A stretch of 32,000 bases of DNA from Telmatocola sphagniphila (GTDB lineage Bacteria; Planctomycetota; Planctomycetia; Gemmatales; Gemmataceae). Shown here one piece after another: positions 15,371 to 24,779 of this stretch (position 1 is its first letter; each line of letters opens with the position of its first letter). The stretch is from contig NZ_CP074694.1 in assembly GCF_018398935.1 (NCBI RefSeq), positions 4,650,001-4,682,000 of the forward strand, given 5' to 3'. The notes below the pieces were generated by a model, which saw only the letters and a program-made list of their open reading frames with translations, was not told where the DNA came from and searched no databases. The translations under genes were made by a program, and so were the position numbers.

Positions 15371-17727
15371 TCGAAGCCGAGGAGGGAAACGAACAGAATC
15401 AACAAAGTAGGCAGGAACCAACTGTTGGCATTGCGATGCCAGTCGGGATACAGCTTGGGTTTAGCGTTGAGCGCCTGCACTGGATTTTTCAACATTTCCT
15501 CGAGGAACGACGGCAAACGATCGACCCGCCGTACGGCATCCTGCACCGTGCCATTCGCGGTGTTCTCGATGGCGAGTAGTATGTCGTAACGGGCCGCCGG
15601 TTTGATCAATTCGTCGGAAATATCAGGAAAAACGATGTATCGGGCCATCGCATCGCCGGTGACCTCATGGCCTTCCGCATCTTTGCCCTGCCCCCAGGCG
15701 ACAACGCGATATTCTCCGGGCTGGGTGACCTCGAAGGCACTGACAAATTGTCCCTTCGCATCCCGCTCCGGCGGTTTGGCTTTGTTCTTATCGGGAGTTT
15801 CCTGCCCTTGCAGGATCTGGAATTTAATATCCGCCGTGGGAATGTCTTCCCCGCGTTTATCGCGTACGCCGAAGCGGATGGTCTGCTTGGCGCTTTGAGC
15901 CAGTCGTCGGAATTCCGGCCGGGCGTAGACAACCCCTTCCACTTCATCTTGATGAGCCAGCCAGAGGACGACCTGCTTCCAGAATCGCAAGGTCAGATCG
16001 TAGCCTTCCGGCTTATCCGGCAGGCCGAGCTTACGCCAGGACCGACCGAGGGTATTGACACCAAAGGCCAGCGTTCGCCCTTTGCCGACTTCCATGCCGA
16101 CCATCAGCGGCGCCTCCTGCCCGTTCTCCCGCCGAGCAACCGCCAAGGGTATATGCCCGGTCTTGGGAATGCCGATCGGTGTGTAGCCTTGGAGTCGGGT
16201 ATTCGGCTTTCCCGCCGGGTCGTTCAGCCGATTCCAGATTTCCTTGTTCTTTTTCGGGTCGCTGTCGAGCTTCAGCATGAAATTGTTGAGGCCGGTCGGC
16301 GTGGGAATAATCTGAATCCGTTCCTCGTCGAACTGCTGAACTTCTCCGAAAGAAACCGGAAGGATATCGGCAATCGGCCGGCCGGTGATATTCCAGCGAT
16401 CGTCGGCCGGGGTGTCGGGGGAGCCGGCGAACGAATCCTGGCCGCCGAGCATCATCAGCCCTACTCCCTTATCGCGCACCAGTTTTTCGATTTGCGTCAT
16501 CAATTTGGGATTGATGGCCAGCAGCCGTTTGGGAGAGACGTTACCGAGAATAATGACGTCGTAGGCTTGTTCGGTCAGGTCGAATTTTCGCTGTTCGGAT
16601 TCAGGTAAGGGATCGTCGGTCTGCCGGAGAACCTCGACGAAATCGAAACGCTTGTCGCCGGCCAGCGCGGTGCGCAAGTAAGCAAAATCCTCGTGCAGAC
16701 GGTAGATCAAAAGAACGCGAACGCCTTCTTTGGTAACGCTGAAATAACTTTCAATCGTGTTATTCAGCACGGTGGTTTCGCCCGGGAGCGGTTCCAATTC
16801 GACCTTCACTCGATACTCGCCCGGCTTATCGGGAGCCTTGGTGAGAATTTCGATTTCATTCCCCAGCTTTTTAGGAAGCTGGACATCGTCGGTTTTCACT
16901 AGCTTATCGTCGATGAAGAGTTTAATTTTGGTTCGCGCTCCTTCAAAGCCCAGCGCATCGGCGATCACCTTGATGCGCAGATCGGCTTTGATCGACACCG
17001 GGGAGGGATCGGCGGCGATACTCGTCAGGGCGATATCCTTGGATTCCGAACTGGTCGATTCCTGGCCGACGGCGAAAGAATAGATCGGGCAGCCGATGCT
17101 GCGATATTTCTGAGCTTCGCTGATGGCCGGTTTAGCGACTCCGTTGTCGGCCCCATCGCTCAGGATAAGTAGCCCCCTGAGGCGGGCTTCCCCTTGATAC
17201 TTGTCGTACAACTTCGACATCATGGTCCCGAAATCGGTTCGCTTGCCATCGGGTTTAGCCGTGGCCGGATCCCAGACGTCCTTGGCGGGGTCGAAATCTT
17301 TATCGAACCGGAAGAGCTGTACGCTCACCTGCTGTTCATTCTTTAACGATTCGAGCAGGGGGGCACTCTTCTCCAGGAATTTCTTCATGAATTCCCAGCG
17401 GCTGAGATTATTCGATTCATCCTTGAGGGTCATACTCTCGGAGGAATCGATGGCTACCAGAAGTGTGGAAGGCTGTTTCGGTTTATCGGTGACGGAAATC
17501 GAAGGGCGCAGGGTCGTCAGAATCGCAATCAGCAGCGCGAGCAGTCGCAGGGCGATCAGCAGCAGAATCCGTCGGCCACTGGCCTTGGAATTTCCCAGGT
17601 AAGTCCAGATAGTCAGTCCGATGAGCGTGCCCGCGGCCAGTCCCAAAAAGACATACCCGAAGCGGTCCCCCTCGGTTAAAGGGCGCCACGCCGGGTTACT
17701 ACTGAAATCAAGTTGATAGTCGGCCAT
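15337..17727 (-). CDS. Membrane protein with a VWA domain and an amidotransferase-like (ThuA/GATase1-like) domain
   Basis: ATG at 17727. There are two N-terminal TM helices and a MIDAS-like LLVAIDSSESMTL with LLILSDGADNG. A later block, VLLIYRL...YDVIILGNVSP...GVGLMMLGGQDSF, suggests the second domain. A C-terminal TM helix reads WFLPTLLILFVSLLGF. Length is 796 aa. Confidence 0.6.
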   Translation of the reverse strand: MADYQLDFSSNPAWRPLTEGDRFGYVFLGLAAGTLIGLTIWTYLGNSKASGRRILLLIALRLLALLIAILTTLRPSISVTDKPKQPSTLLVAIDSSESMTLKDESNNLSRWEFMKKFLEKSAPLLESLKNEQQVSVQLFRFDKDFDPAKDVWDPATAKPDGKRTDFGTMMSKLYDKYQGEARLRGLLILSDGADNGVAKPAISEAQKYRSIGCPIYSFAVGQESTSSESKDIALTSIAADPSPVSIKADLRIKVIADALGFEGARTKIKLFIDDKLVKTDDVQLPKKLGNEIEILTKAPDKPGEYRVKVELEPLPGETTVLNNTIESYFSVTKEGVRVLLIYRLHEDFAYLRTALAGDKRFDFVEVLRQTDDPLPESEQRKFDLTEQAYDVIILGNVSPKRLLAINPKLMTQIEKLVRDKGVGLMMLGGQDSFAGSPDTPADDRWNITGRPIADILPVSFGEVQQFDEERIQIIPTPTGLNNFMLKLDSDPKKNKEIWNRLNDPAGKPNTRLQGYTPIGIPKTGHIPLAVARRENGQEAPLMVGMEVGKGRTLAFGVNTLGRSWRKLGLPDKPEGYDLTLRFWKQVVLWLAHQDEVEGVVYARPEFRRLAQSAKQTIRFGVRDKRGEDIPTADIKFQILQGQETPDKNKAKPPERDAKGQFVSAFEVTQPGEYRVVAWGQGKDAEGHEVTGDAMARYIVFPDISDELIKPAARYDILLAIENTANGTVQDAVRRVDRLPSFLEEMLKNPVQALNAKPKLYPDWHRNANSWFLPTLLILFVSLLGFEWGLRRLWGMI

Positions 17728-17825
17728 TCATTCGCTCCCTCTATGATTATCCTGAGAGTGTGCAGAGAATGCAATAAGGCAGCTGTCGGGAAGCCACCGT
17801 TTCCGGGAGTTTGCAGGGGAGGAAA

Positions 17826-20800
17826 ATGCCGAGGAATGCCAAATTACCGCTGGAAACCTGGCGCCTGAAGAACGCCAGCCTCGGCAGCACGAACCTGGCC
17901 GCGATCGAAGAGGCCTGCCCGATACCGCTGCGCGAAAAGCTGCTGTCGGCGCTCGACCGGCTGATGCCGACGCTGGCCGATCAGGACCGCGCGCTCAATA
18001 ATCTCGAACGACTGACGGCCACGGGGAAATTTTTCAGCAGCATCGAGAACATCAGCAGCACGCTGGAATCGCTGCTGCCGCTGTTCAGCACTTCGCAATT
18101 TCTTAGCGATGTGGTGATCTCCCAGCCGGAAAATCTCGACCTTCTCGAGTTTCCGGCCCGTCTCACCCCCACGGCGGTGGAGTTGACCCGCCTCGTCACC
18201 GATCAAGTGCTGCAAGCGGGCGATGATGCGACCGTCCTGAAGATCCTCCGAAAATTCCGCCAGCGGCAGATGGTTCGGATCGGCTTCAACGACATTGTTC
18301 GAGAAAGGCCGCTCGAAGAGATCACCGGCGATCTTTCGAATCTGGCCGATGCCTGCATCGAAGCCGCGTTGCAGGTCTCCCTCCGGAACGCCGCGAATAA
18401 ATATGGAGCGCCGTTGCGTGAGGATGGCCAGCCCTCGCACTGCACCGTGCTGGCTTTCGGGAAACTCGGCGCCCAGGAATTGAACTATTCCAGCGACATC
18501 GATCTGATGGTGATTTTCGATGAGGAGGGACAGCCGAAAAATCGCCGAGGGATCAGCAATCAGGAATTTTATTCGCGCATCGTTCCGGAAATCGTGCGCT
18601 TGCTCTCGGCCCATACCGATCACGGACAGGCCTATCGCGTCGATCTACGACTTCGACCTGAAGGCAGTAACGGCGCGCTGGCCCGCAGCCTTTCCAGCAC
18701 GCTTTACTACTACGACACCCTCGGTCGGACCTGGGAACGGCAGGCGCTCATCAAAGTTCGCCCGGTGGCCGGGTACCTGCCCTTGGGAAAAGAGTTTCTT
18801 CAGAGCATCACACCCTTCATTTATCGCAAATATCTGAACTTCGCGGAGATCAACGGCATCAAGGCCATGAAGCGGCTGATCGAGAATAAAACCCAGAAAG
18901 CCGGCGTGGACGATCGCGAGGTGAAGACCGGCCGGGGGGGGATCCGCGACATCGAGTTCACCATTCAATTTCTCCAGTTGCTCAACGGCTGCGATCTGCA
19001 GGATGTTCGGAAACGAGGCACGCTGGAAGCCATGAGTGCCCTGGAAGAGGTCGGCTGCCTGACCGATACCGAATATCGCGGGCTCGACGATGCTTACCGG
19101 TTCTTGAGAAAGACCGAGCACCGCTTGCAATTACTTTTCGATTTGCAGACGCATCGGCTCCCATCCAAGGAGGAAGACCTGCGCACGCTCGCACGCCGGA
19201 TGGGTTACACGGAGCCGGAGAAACCGCGGCCGATCGCCCGCATCGTGGCCGAGGAAAATGTGCTGAGTCCGCAGAAGCATTCGCCGCTCGATGAACCTCC
19301 TCCCGGGCTGTCACTCGATACCCGCGCGCTACTCATCGATCCACTCGAACAGTTCCTGCTCGATTATCAGGAAAAAACGCTGCTTAATCGGACGATTCTC
19401 GATCACCTGCTGCACCAGAGTTTCGCCGATTCGGACGAGGCCGCGGAACCTGAGACGGATCTGGTGCTCGATCCCGACCCGGACGAAAAAACCATTCATA
19501 TGATTTTCAGCCGGTATCCCTTTCGGAACATCCCGGCGGCCTATGCCAACTTGATGAAGCTTTCGCGCGAGTCTTCACTGTTTCTATCCACGCGGCGCTG
19601 CCGGCACTTTTTAGCGAACATTGCGCCGCGCTTACTGAAGGCGATTTCCGAAACGCCCGACCCCGATCTGGCTCTGGAAAATCTGGAGAAAGTGACGGCC
19701 TCTCTCGGGGGCAAAGCGGTTCTCTGGGAGTTGTTCAGCTTCAATCCCCCCAGTCTGAAACTTTACGTCGATCTCTGCTCCAACAGCCCGTTCCTCTCGG
19801 AGATCCTGATCAACAATCCGGGGATGATCGACGAACTGCTGGACAGTCTGGTTTTGAATCAGCCGCGCAAAATCGAGGATTTGCGTCAGGAACTGGCCGA
19901 GCTGACCCGCGGGGTTGATAAACCCGAAGCGCTCGGCAGCATCCTGCACAGTTTCCAGGATAAAGAGATTCTCCGCGTTGGCGTGCGCGACCTGTTGGGT
20001 AAAGATCGCATTTTCGAAACCACGGCGGCCATCAGTGACATTGCCGAAACGCTCCTGGAAACTGTGATTCAACAGCAGATGCCGACCCGCCTCGGCGTGC
20101 CGCGACTGCCCGACGGCCGGGCCTGTCGATTCACCTTTCTCGGGGCCGGTAAACTCGGCGGCAAAGAGATGAGCTACCATAGCGATCTCGATTTGCTGCT
20201 GATCTACGAAGGCGAAGGCGAGACCGGATCCCCGGTACCCGGAGACCATTATTTTCGGCCGGTCGATAACTTCCTGTACTTCACTGAACTGGCCCAACGC
20301 GTCATCAAGGTCATGGGCCAGATGGGTCAGCATGGTAAGCTTTACAGCGTGGATATGCGGTTGCGGCCGACCGGCAAATCGGGTTCACTGGTCTCATCCC
20401 TGGAAGCATTCCAGCGCTACTACCAGTCCCCGGCCGCGCAGATCTGGGAACGGCAATCGATGGCGCGGGCCCGGCCGCTGAAAGGAGATACCCAATTCAA
20501 CGAACAGGTGATGGCGGTGATTCGTGAAGCCATTACGGGTGTGACCTGGAGCACGGTCGTCATCGAGGAAATCCGTTCGATGCGCAAGCGCCTCGAGCAT
20601 TCCGCCTCGCCGCGCAGTTTAAAGCGAGGACCGGGGGGAATTGCCGATGTGGAATTTGCGATTCAACTTTTGCAGATCAAGTATGGCCGGGGGTTCCCGC
20701 ATATTTTGCAGCCTAATGCCTGGGCCGCGCTGGATGCATTGCACAACACCGGGCTATTGCCTTCGGCGGAGTATCAAACTCTGAAACTGTCCTATTCGTT

Positions 20801-21008
20801 CTTGCGGTTAGCCGAGAGCCGGTTGCGCATCGTCACCAACCGGCCACAAAATGAATATCCCGAAGCGAGCGTGGAACAGGATAAACTGGCGCGCCGGCTA
20901 GGAATCGCCGGTTTACGCACGGCGGCCGACCTGCGCGATGAGATTCAGAGAGTGACCGGCAACGTTCGCAAATGCTACGAGTCGATGCTGCAACGCGAAC
21001 AGGCTTAG
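17826..21008 (+). CDS. glnE: Bifunctional glutamine synthetase adenylyltransferase/adenylyl-removing enzyme GlnE
   Basis: Two nucleotidyltransferase halves are present: GKLGAQELNYSSDIDLMVIFD with YRVDLRLRPEG, and GKLGGKEMSYHSDLDLLLIY with YSVDMRLRPTG. The ATG at 17826 has GGGGAGG upstream and is preferred over the listed TTG at 17811. Confidence 0.92.
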   Translation: MPRNAKLPLETWRLKNASLGSTNLAAIEEACPIPLREKLLSALDRLMPTLADQDRALNNLERLTATGKFFSSIENISSTLESLLPLFSTSQFLSDVVISQPENLDLLEFPARLTPTAVELTRLVTDQVLQAGDDATVLKILRKFRQRQMVRIGFNDIVRERPLEEITGDLSNLADACIEAALQVSLRNAANKYGAPLREDGQPSHCTVLAFGKLGAQELNYSSDIDLMVIFDEEGQPKNRRGISNQEFYSRIVPEIVRLLSAHTDHGQAYRVDLRLRPEGSNGALARSLSSTLYYYDTLGRTWERQALIKVRPVAGYLPLGKEFLQSITPFIYRKYLNFAEINGIKAMKRLIENKTQKAGVDDREVKTGRGGIRDIEFTIQFLQLLNGCDLQDVRKRGTLEAMSALEEVGCLTDTEYRGLDDAYRFLRKTEHRLQLLFDLQTHRLPSKEEDLRTLARRMGYTEPEKPRPIARIVAEENVLSPQKHSPLDEPPPGLSLDTRALLIDPLEQFLLDYQEKTLLNRTILDHLLHQSFADSDEAAEPETDLVLDPDPDEKTIHMIFSRYPFRNIPAAYANLMKLSRESSLFLSTRRCRHFLANIAPRLLKAISETPDPDLALENLEKVTASLGGKAVLWELFSFNPPSLKLYVDLCSNSPFLSEILINNPGMIDELLDSLVLNQPRKIEDLRQELAELTRGVDKPEALGSILHSFQDKEILRVGVRDLLGKDRIFETTAAISDIAETLLETVIQQQMPTRLGVPRLPDGRACRFTFLGAGKLGGKEMSYHSDLDLLLIYEGEGETGSPVPGDHYFRPVDNFLYFTELAQRVIKVMGQMGQHGKLYSVDMRLRPTGKSGSLVSSLEAFQRYYQSPAAQIWERQSMARARPLKGDTQFNEQVMAVIREAITGVTWSTVVIEEIRSMRKRLEHSASPRSLKRGPGGIADVEFAIQLLQIKYGRGFPHILQPNAWAALDALHNTGLLPSAEYQTLKLSYSFLRLAESRLRIVTNRPQNEYPEASVEQDKLARRLGIAGLRTAADLRDEIQRVTGNVRKCYESMLQREQA

Positions 21009-21013
21009 ACGGG

Positions 21014-21685
21014 TTATTTCTTCTCTTTCCACTTCACATTGCGAAACTCGATCGGCGATCCCTCCGCCTCCAGTCCGAAGTAACCTTTCGCCAACGGACA
21101 GTCTTTCCATTCCGAGGTCACGTAGCCGTTGTGCCAGAGGGTGATCGATTTTCCCGCGCAGTGAATTTCGGTGGTATTCCATTCTCCGGGCGGATAGCCC
21201 CGCTGCCGGCCGAGAGACTCAGTGCGGAAACGCTTCTTAGATCCATTCACTAAGGTCTCTCCAAATAGGTAGCCGATATTCTGATCGCCGATCTGCACCT
21301 GATGCCAGGAGGATCCGTCGGAGCTGTTGCGGACATAAAGTCCGCTGGTGTAGGGCTTCTTCTCGGCTTGTTTGCGGAACTTCCATTCGACGTGCAGCGT
21401 GCCGTCGGCCAGTTCGTGCTCCCAAAGCAGCATCTCGTGAAACCCCGCAGCTTCGCACAGCATCGATTCCTTGCCTGGCTTCCAGGGATTTTTTTCCAAC
21501 AATTTTCCACCTGGCGGAATCGGAACGCGCTTCCAGCCATTCAGGCCTTTTCCTAGTAAATCGCTCCATCCTTCAGGGTTTTTCTTGAATTCCGAGGGGC
21601 TGAATGGGGAATCCTGGGGAACTTGTGCGGACAGCGGCGGGCAAAAAATGAAAAAAAATCCGATTATAAGCAAGTTCTTTTGCAC
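21014..21685 (-). CDS. Secreted DUF1080 (3-keto-disaccharide hydrolase-like, concanavalin-like fold) protein
   Basis: Signal peptide LLIIGFFFIFCPPLSAQ. Motifs GLNGWKRV, TLHVEWKFR, EWNTTEIHCAGKSITLWHNG and GYFGLEAEGSPIEFRNVKWKE follow the DUF1080 pattern. The start is a GTG at 21685. Confidence 0.7.
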   Translation of the reverse strand: MQKNLLIIGFFFIFCPPLSAQVPQDSPFSPSEFKKNPEGWSDLLGKGLNGWKRVPIPPGGKLLEKNPWKPGKESMLCEAAGFHEMLLWEHELADGTLHVEWKFRKQAEKKPYTSGLYVRNSSDGSSWHQVQIGDQNIGYLFGETLVNGSKKRFRTESLGRQRGYPPGEWNTTEIHCAGKSITLWHNGYVTSEWKDCPLAKGYFGLEAEGSPIEFRNVKWKEKK

Positions 21686-21738
21686 GATGCGTTCTCTTCA
21701 AGTTCACGGATGAATGCGCACACGAGAATGGCTCCTCG

Positions 21739-23163
21739 ATGAGTATACCTGAAAACATCAACGTCGACTCTTCACGATCTCCCGTGGAGCGCGTTCTACT
21801 ACTGGCCTGGCCGGTTCTACTGCAGCAGGCATTGATTCTAGCCGCCGGGCTTTACGATCGTTGGGTGGCGGGGAACTACTTGCCGAGCGATGAAAATCTG
21901 CACTCCTCCTATCAGGCGGCTTTGAGTACCGTTCAATATCTCGCCTGGAGCATCTCCTGTTTCGCCGTGCTGGTCAGTGTCGGATCAACCGCACTAGTCG
22001 CCCGATTCATCGGCGCGGGGGAAGTGGAAGACGCCAATCGCGTGACCAATCAATCGATCATTCTCGCGATATTTTTCGGCATTCTCGCTTCCCTCGTCGG
22101 ATTATGGAAATTACCCGATTTGATTGCTCTGCTGAAATTGGATCCGCCCTCCGATCGATTAGCGATTGAAATGCTTCAGCCGGTGATCTTGTTTCTAGTA
22201 TTCCAGATGATCGAACTCTCCGGGATCGCCTGCTTGACGGGGGCCGGGGATACCAAGCCCGGCATGCTGGTGCTGGGCGGTGTGGCGGTTTTCAACATAC
22301 CGATGGTTTATCTGTTCTTCCATGGTTTTTGGATCCTGCCAGCATTCGGCCACCAGGGAATTACGCTGGGTACCGCCGTCAGCCATTCGATCGGCGGTCT
22401 GGTCGTTCTCACCTTTCTCATAAAAGGTCGGGCCGGCCTGTCGCTGCAACGCCGGTTGTTTAAACCGCAGATCATTTTGATCAAGCGGATCCTGCGGGTG
22501 AGCATTCCCGCCGCCATCGATTCGCTATCCGTCGCCGCCTGCCAACTCTGGTTCCTATCGCTGGTGAATGTGCTGGGAAAAGAAGCGGCCACCGCTCACG
22601 GTAATGCCATCGGCTGGGAGGGTCTGGGCTATCTCTCCGGTCAGGCCTTTGCGACGGCGGCCGCGGCTCTGGTAGGTCAGAACCTGGGGGCTCGCAACCC
22701 AAATGAAGCCGCCCGCTGTGGCTGGACCGCTTTTGCCATGGGCAGTATCTGCATGGCGGTCATGGGACTCGTTTTCTACCTCTGCGCCGAGCCGATGCTG
22801 CGGCTATTCAACCCCTACCCGCACCAGCAGCCGGTGATCGATGCCGGGGTACCCGTTTTGCGACTGGTGGCCTTCGCCATGCCTGCCCTCGCGGCGATCA
22901 TCATTTTTACCGGGGCACTACGCGGCGCGGGCGATACCCGCATGCCCATGGTAGCGACCTGGATCGGGTTCCTCCTCATCCGAATGCCCCTGGCTTACCT
23001 ATTTACGCGCAGCACCATTGATCTGGGAAGCTTGGGAACCATCAAGGGCTGGAACCTCGGATTGATTGGAGCCTGGTGGGCTATGTTCATCGATCTGGCC
23101 ATTCGCGGGGCGCTATTTTTCTGGCGGTTCAGCTCCGGACGTTGGAAGAAAGTGGTTGTATGA
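21739..23163 (+). CDS. MATE-family efflux transporter
   Basis: 474 aa with about 12 hydrophobic helices. The GAGDTKPGM / GALRGAGDTRMPM motif is duplicated, once per half, as in NorM-type MATE proteins. Confidence 0.85.
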   Translation: MSIPENINVDSSRSPVERVLLLAWPVLLQQALILAAGLYDRWVAGNYLPSDENLHSSYQAALSTVQYLAWSISCFAVLVSVGSTALVARFIGAGEVEDANRVTNQSIILAIFFGILASLVGLWKLPDLIALLKLDPPSDRLAIEMLQPVILFLVFQMIELSGIACLTGAGDTKPGMLVLGGVAVFNIPMVYLFFHGFWILPAFGHQGITLGTAVSHSIGGLVVLTFLIKGRAGLSLQRRLFKPQIILIKRILRVSIPAAIDSLSVAACQLWFLSLVNVLGKEAATAHGNAIGWEGLGYLSGQAFATAAAALVGQNLGARNPNEAARCGWTAFAMGSICMAVMGLVFYLCAEPMLRLFNPYPHQQPVIDAGVPVLRLVAFAMPALAAIIIFTGALRGAGDTRMPMVATWIGFLLIRMPLAYLFTRSTIDLGSLGTIKGWNLGLIGAWWAMFIDLAIRGALFFWRFSSGRWKKVVV

Positions 23164-23328
23164 ATGTTATCGCTTCGAAAATTTCCCTAACGGTACGAAC
23201 CACCCAATTTAACGCAAGTTGGGTACTAACAAGATTAAAACCTATTGACGGCAACTCATGACTCGGGCATTGTTGAGACGATGATGTAGGTGATTGGCTG
23301 CGCTCAGGGCCAAGGAAGGAAAACTCTA

Positions 23329-23946
23329 ATGAAAATGCGTGACCGTAATTACTGTATCCTTGCGTTATTTGCGGTAGTGGCCATGGGTTCGACGGGTTGT
23401 TCGTCCTTGTCCAATACCGGTAATGGAGCATTGATTGGCGGCGGTGCCGGTGCGGGCCTCGGTGCGGCGATTGGTTCCGCGTCGGGCCATACAGGCGCAG
23501 GCGCCCTCATCGGTGGTATCACGGGGGCCGCGGCCGGTGGTCTGATCGGAAACGATATGGACCAGAAGGAGAAGAAGACCGAGCAGGCGAAACTGGCCCA
23601 GGCTCAGGCCGCTGCTAACGCGAAGCCGCCGCTTACGGTGGAAGATGTTCGCCAGTTAGTGGCCAGTGGAACGCCGGATGATGTGATTATCAATCAGATC
23701 CGCACAACCGGCTCTACTTATAAACTGACCGCGGCGGACATCCAGTACCTGACACAGAATGGCGTCAGCAACCGGGTGATCATGGAGATGCAGAATGCCA
23801 AGCAGGTTACCGTGGTGACTCAACAGCCGGTCATCGTGCGACAAGCACCGCCGCCTGATGTGGTCTACGTCCAGCAGCCGGTTTATGTAGCTCCCCCACC
23901 GCCGCCTCCACCAGCGGCCAGCTTCCGATTTACTTATATTCGCTAG
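23329..23946 (+). CDS. Lipoprotein with a glycine-zipper segment, a duplicated helical motif and a Pro-rich C-terminus
   Basis: ATG at 23329 with AAGGAAGGA upstream. Lipobox VAMGSTGC. Glycine zipper GALIGGGAGAGLGAAIGSASGHTGAGALIGGITGAAAGGLIG. Tail APPPPPPPAASF. Confidence 0.6.
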   Translation: MKMRDRNYCILALFAVVAMGSTGCSSLSNTGNGALIGGGAGAGLGAAIGSASGHTGAGALIGGITGAAAGGLIGNDMDQKEKKTEQAKLAQAQAAANAKPPLTVEDVRQLVASGTPDDVIINQIRTTGSTYKLTAADIQYLTQNGVSNRVIMEMQNAKQVTVVTQQPVIVRQAPPPDVVYVQQPVYVAPPPPPPPAASFRFTYIR

Positions 23947-23965
23947 TAGTTGAACTGCGGGCGAG

Positions 23966-24475
23966 TTAAGAGACACTCAGCCGTTGCCGGGCACGTTCCC
24001 GCAACGGCTTTTGTATTTCCTGGGGCAAAAACTTGCTCATATCACCATCCAGGAGAGCAATCTGCCGGAGCAGCGAACCGCTGACGTGCGAGAACTCTTC
24101 CTTGGCCATCAGGAAAATGGTTTCAATTCCCGGATCGAGATTCAGATTCATCAGCGACATGGTAAATTCATATTCCATATCGCTGAGGGTGCGCAGGCCG
24201 CGCACCATAATGCCAGCCCCCACCTCCCGGACGAACCGAACCGCCAAGCCTTTGAAGGGCCGGACGACCACATTTGGGAATGGCTTGGTGACGAGTTGAA
24301 GCAGTTCGACGCGTTCGTCGAGGCTGAAGAAGGGGCTTTTATCCGGATTAACACCCACTCCCACAATTAATTCATCCATGATTTTGCTGGCCCGCTGGAT
24401 GACATCCAGATGACCGCAGTGGACCGGATCGAAGACGCCGGTGTAGACGGCGCGGCGGGGACTCAGCGTGCTCAT
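23966..24475 (-). CDS. coaD: Phosphopantetheine adenylyltransferase CoaD
   Basis: AVYTGVFDPVHCGHLDVIQRA carries the HxGH nucleotidyltransferase motif. Also present are FFSLDERVELL, MVRGLRTLSDMEYEFTM and HVSGSLLRQI. The ATG at 24475 is preferred over the listed TTG at 24481. Confidence 0.92.
   Translation of the reverse strand: MSTLSPRRAVYTGVFDPVHCGHLDVIQRASKIMDELIVGVGVNPDKSPFFSLDERVELLQLVTKPFPNVVVRPFKGLAVRFVREVGAGIMVRGLRTLSDMEYEFTMSLMNLNLDPGIETIFLMAKEEFSHVSGSLLRQIALLDGDMSKFLPQEIQKPLRERARQRLSVS
23979..24018 (+). terminator. Candidate intrinsic terminator for the lipoprotein gene, lying inside the 3' end of convergent coaD
   Basis: AGCCGTTGC-13 nt loop-GCAACGGCT forms a 9-bp perfect stem (23979-24009), followed by TTTGTATTT. 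Confidence 0.4.
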
Positions 24476-24779
24476 GACCAACCTGCCGGGATAAGGAAAC
24501 GATCATTTTTTGAAGCGGAAATTCTCTCGCCCAAACGTACTTGGATCTATTTTAAGTCGGGCCATGAAATTCACCTAGGGCAGTTCGTGGGGGGCCAATC
24601 AGGGGTTGTATTCGGGGCGAATTATTTATTGCGCCAGCGCACAGACAAAAATTGCGATCTATATTGCGCATGGGGAAGAGAAATGTTCCACCGCAAATAA
24701 GCCGAGGCTTTCCGCGGTTCGGGGCATTGTCGCGGGCGTTAAAACTTAGCGGCCGACGATCGCCACTGAGGAGCAGGTT

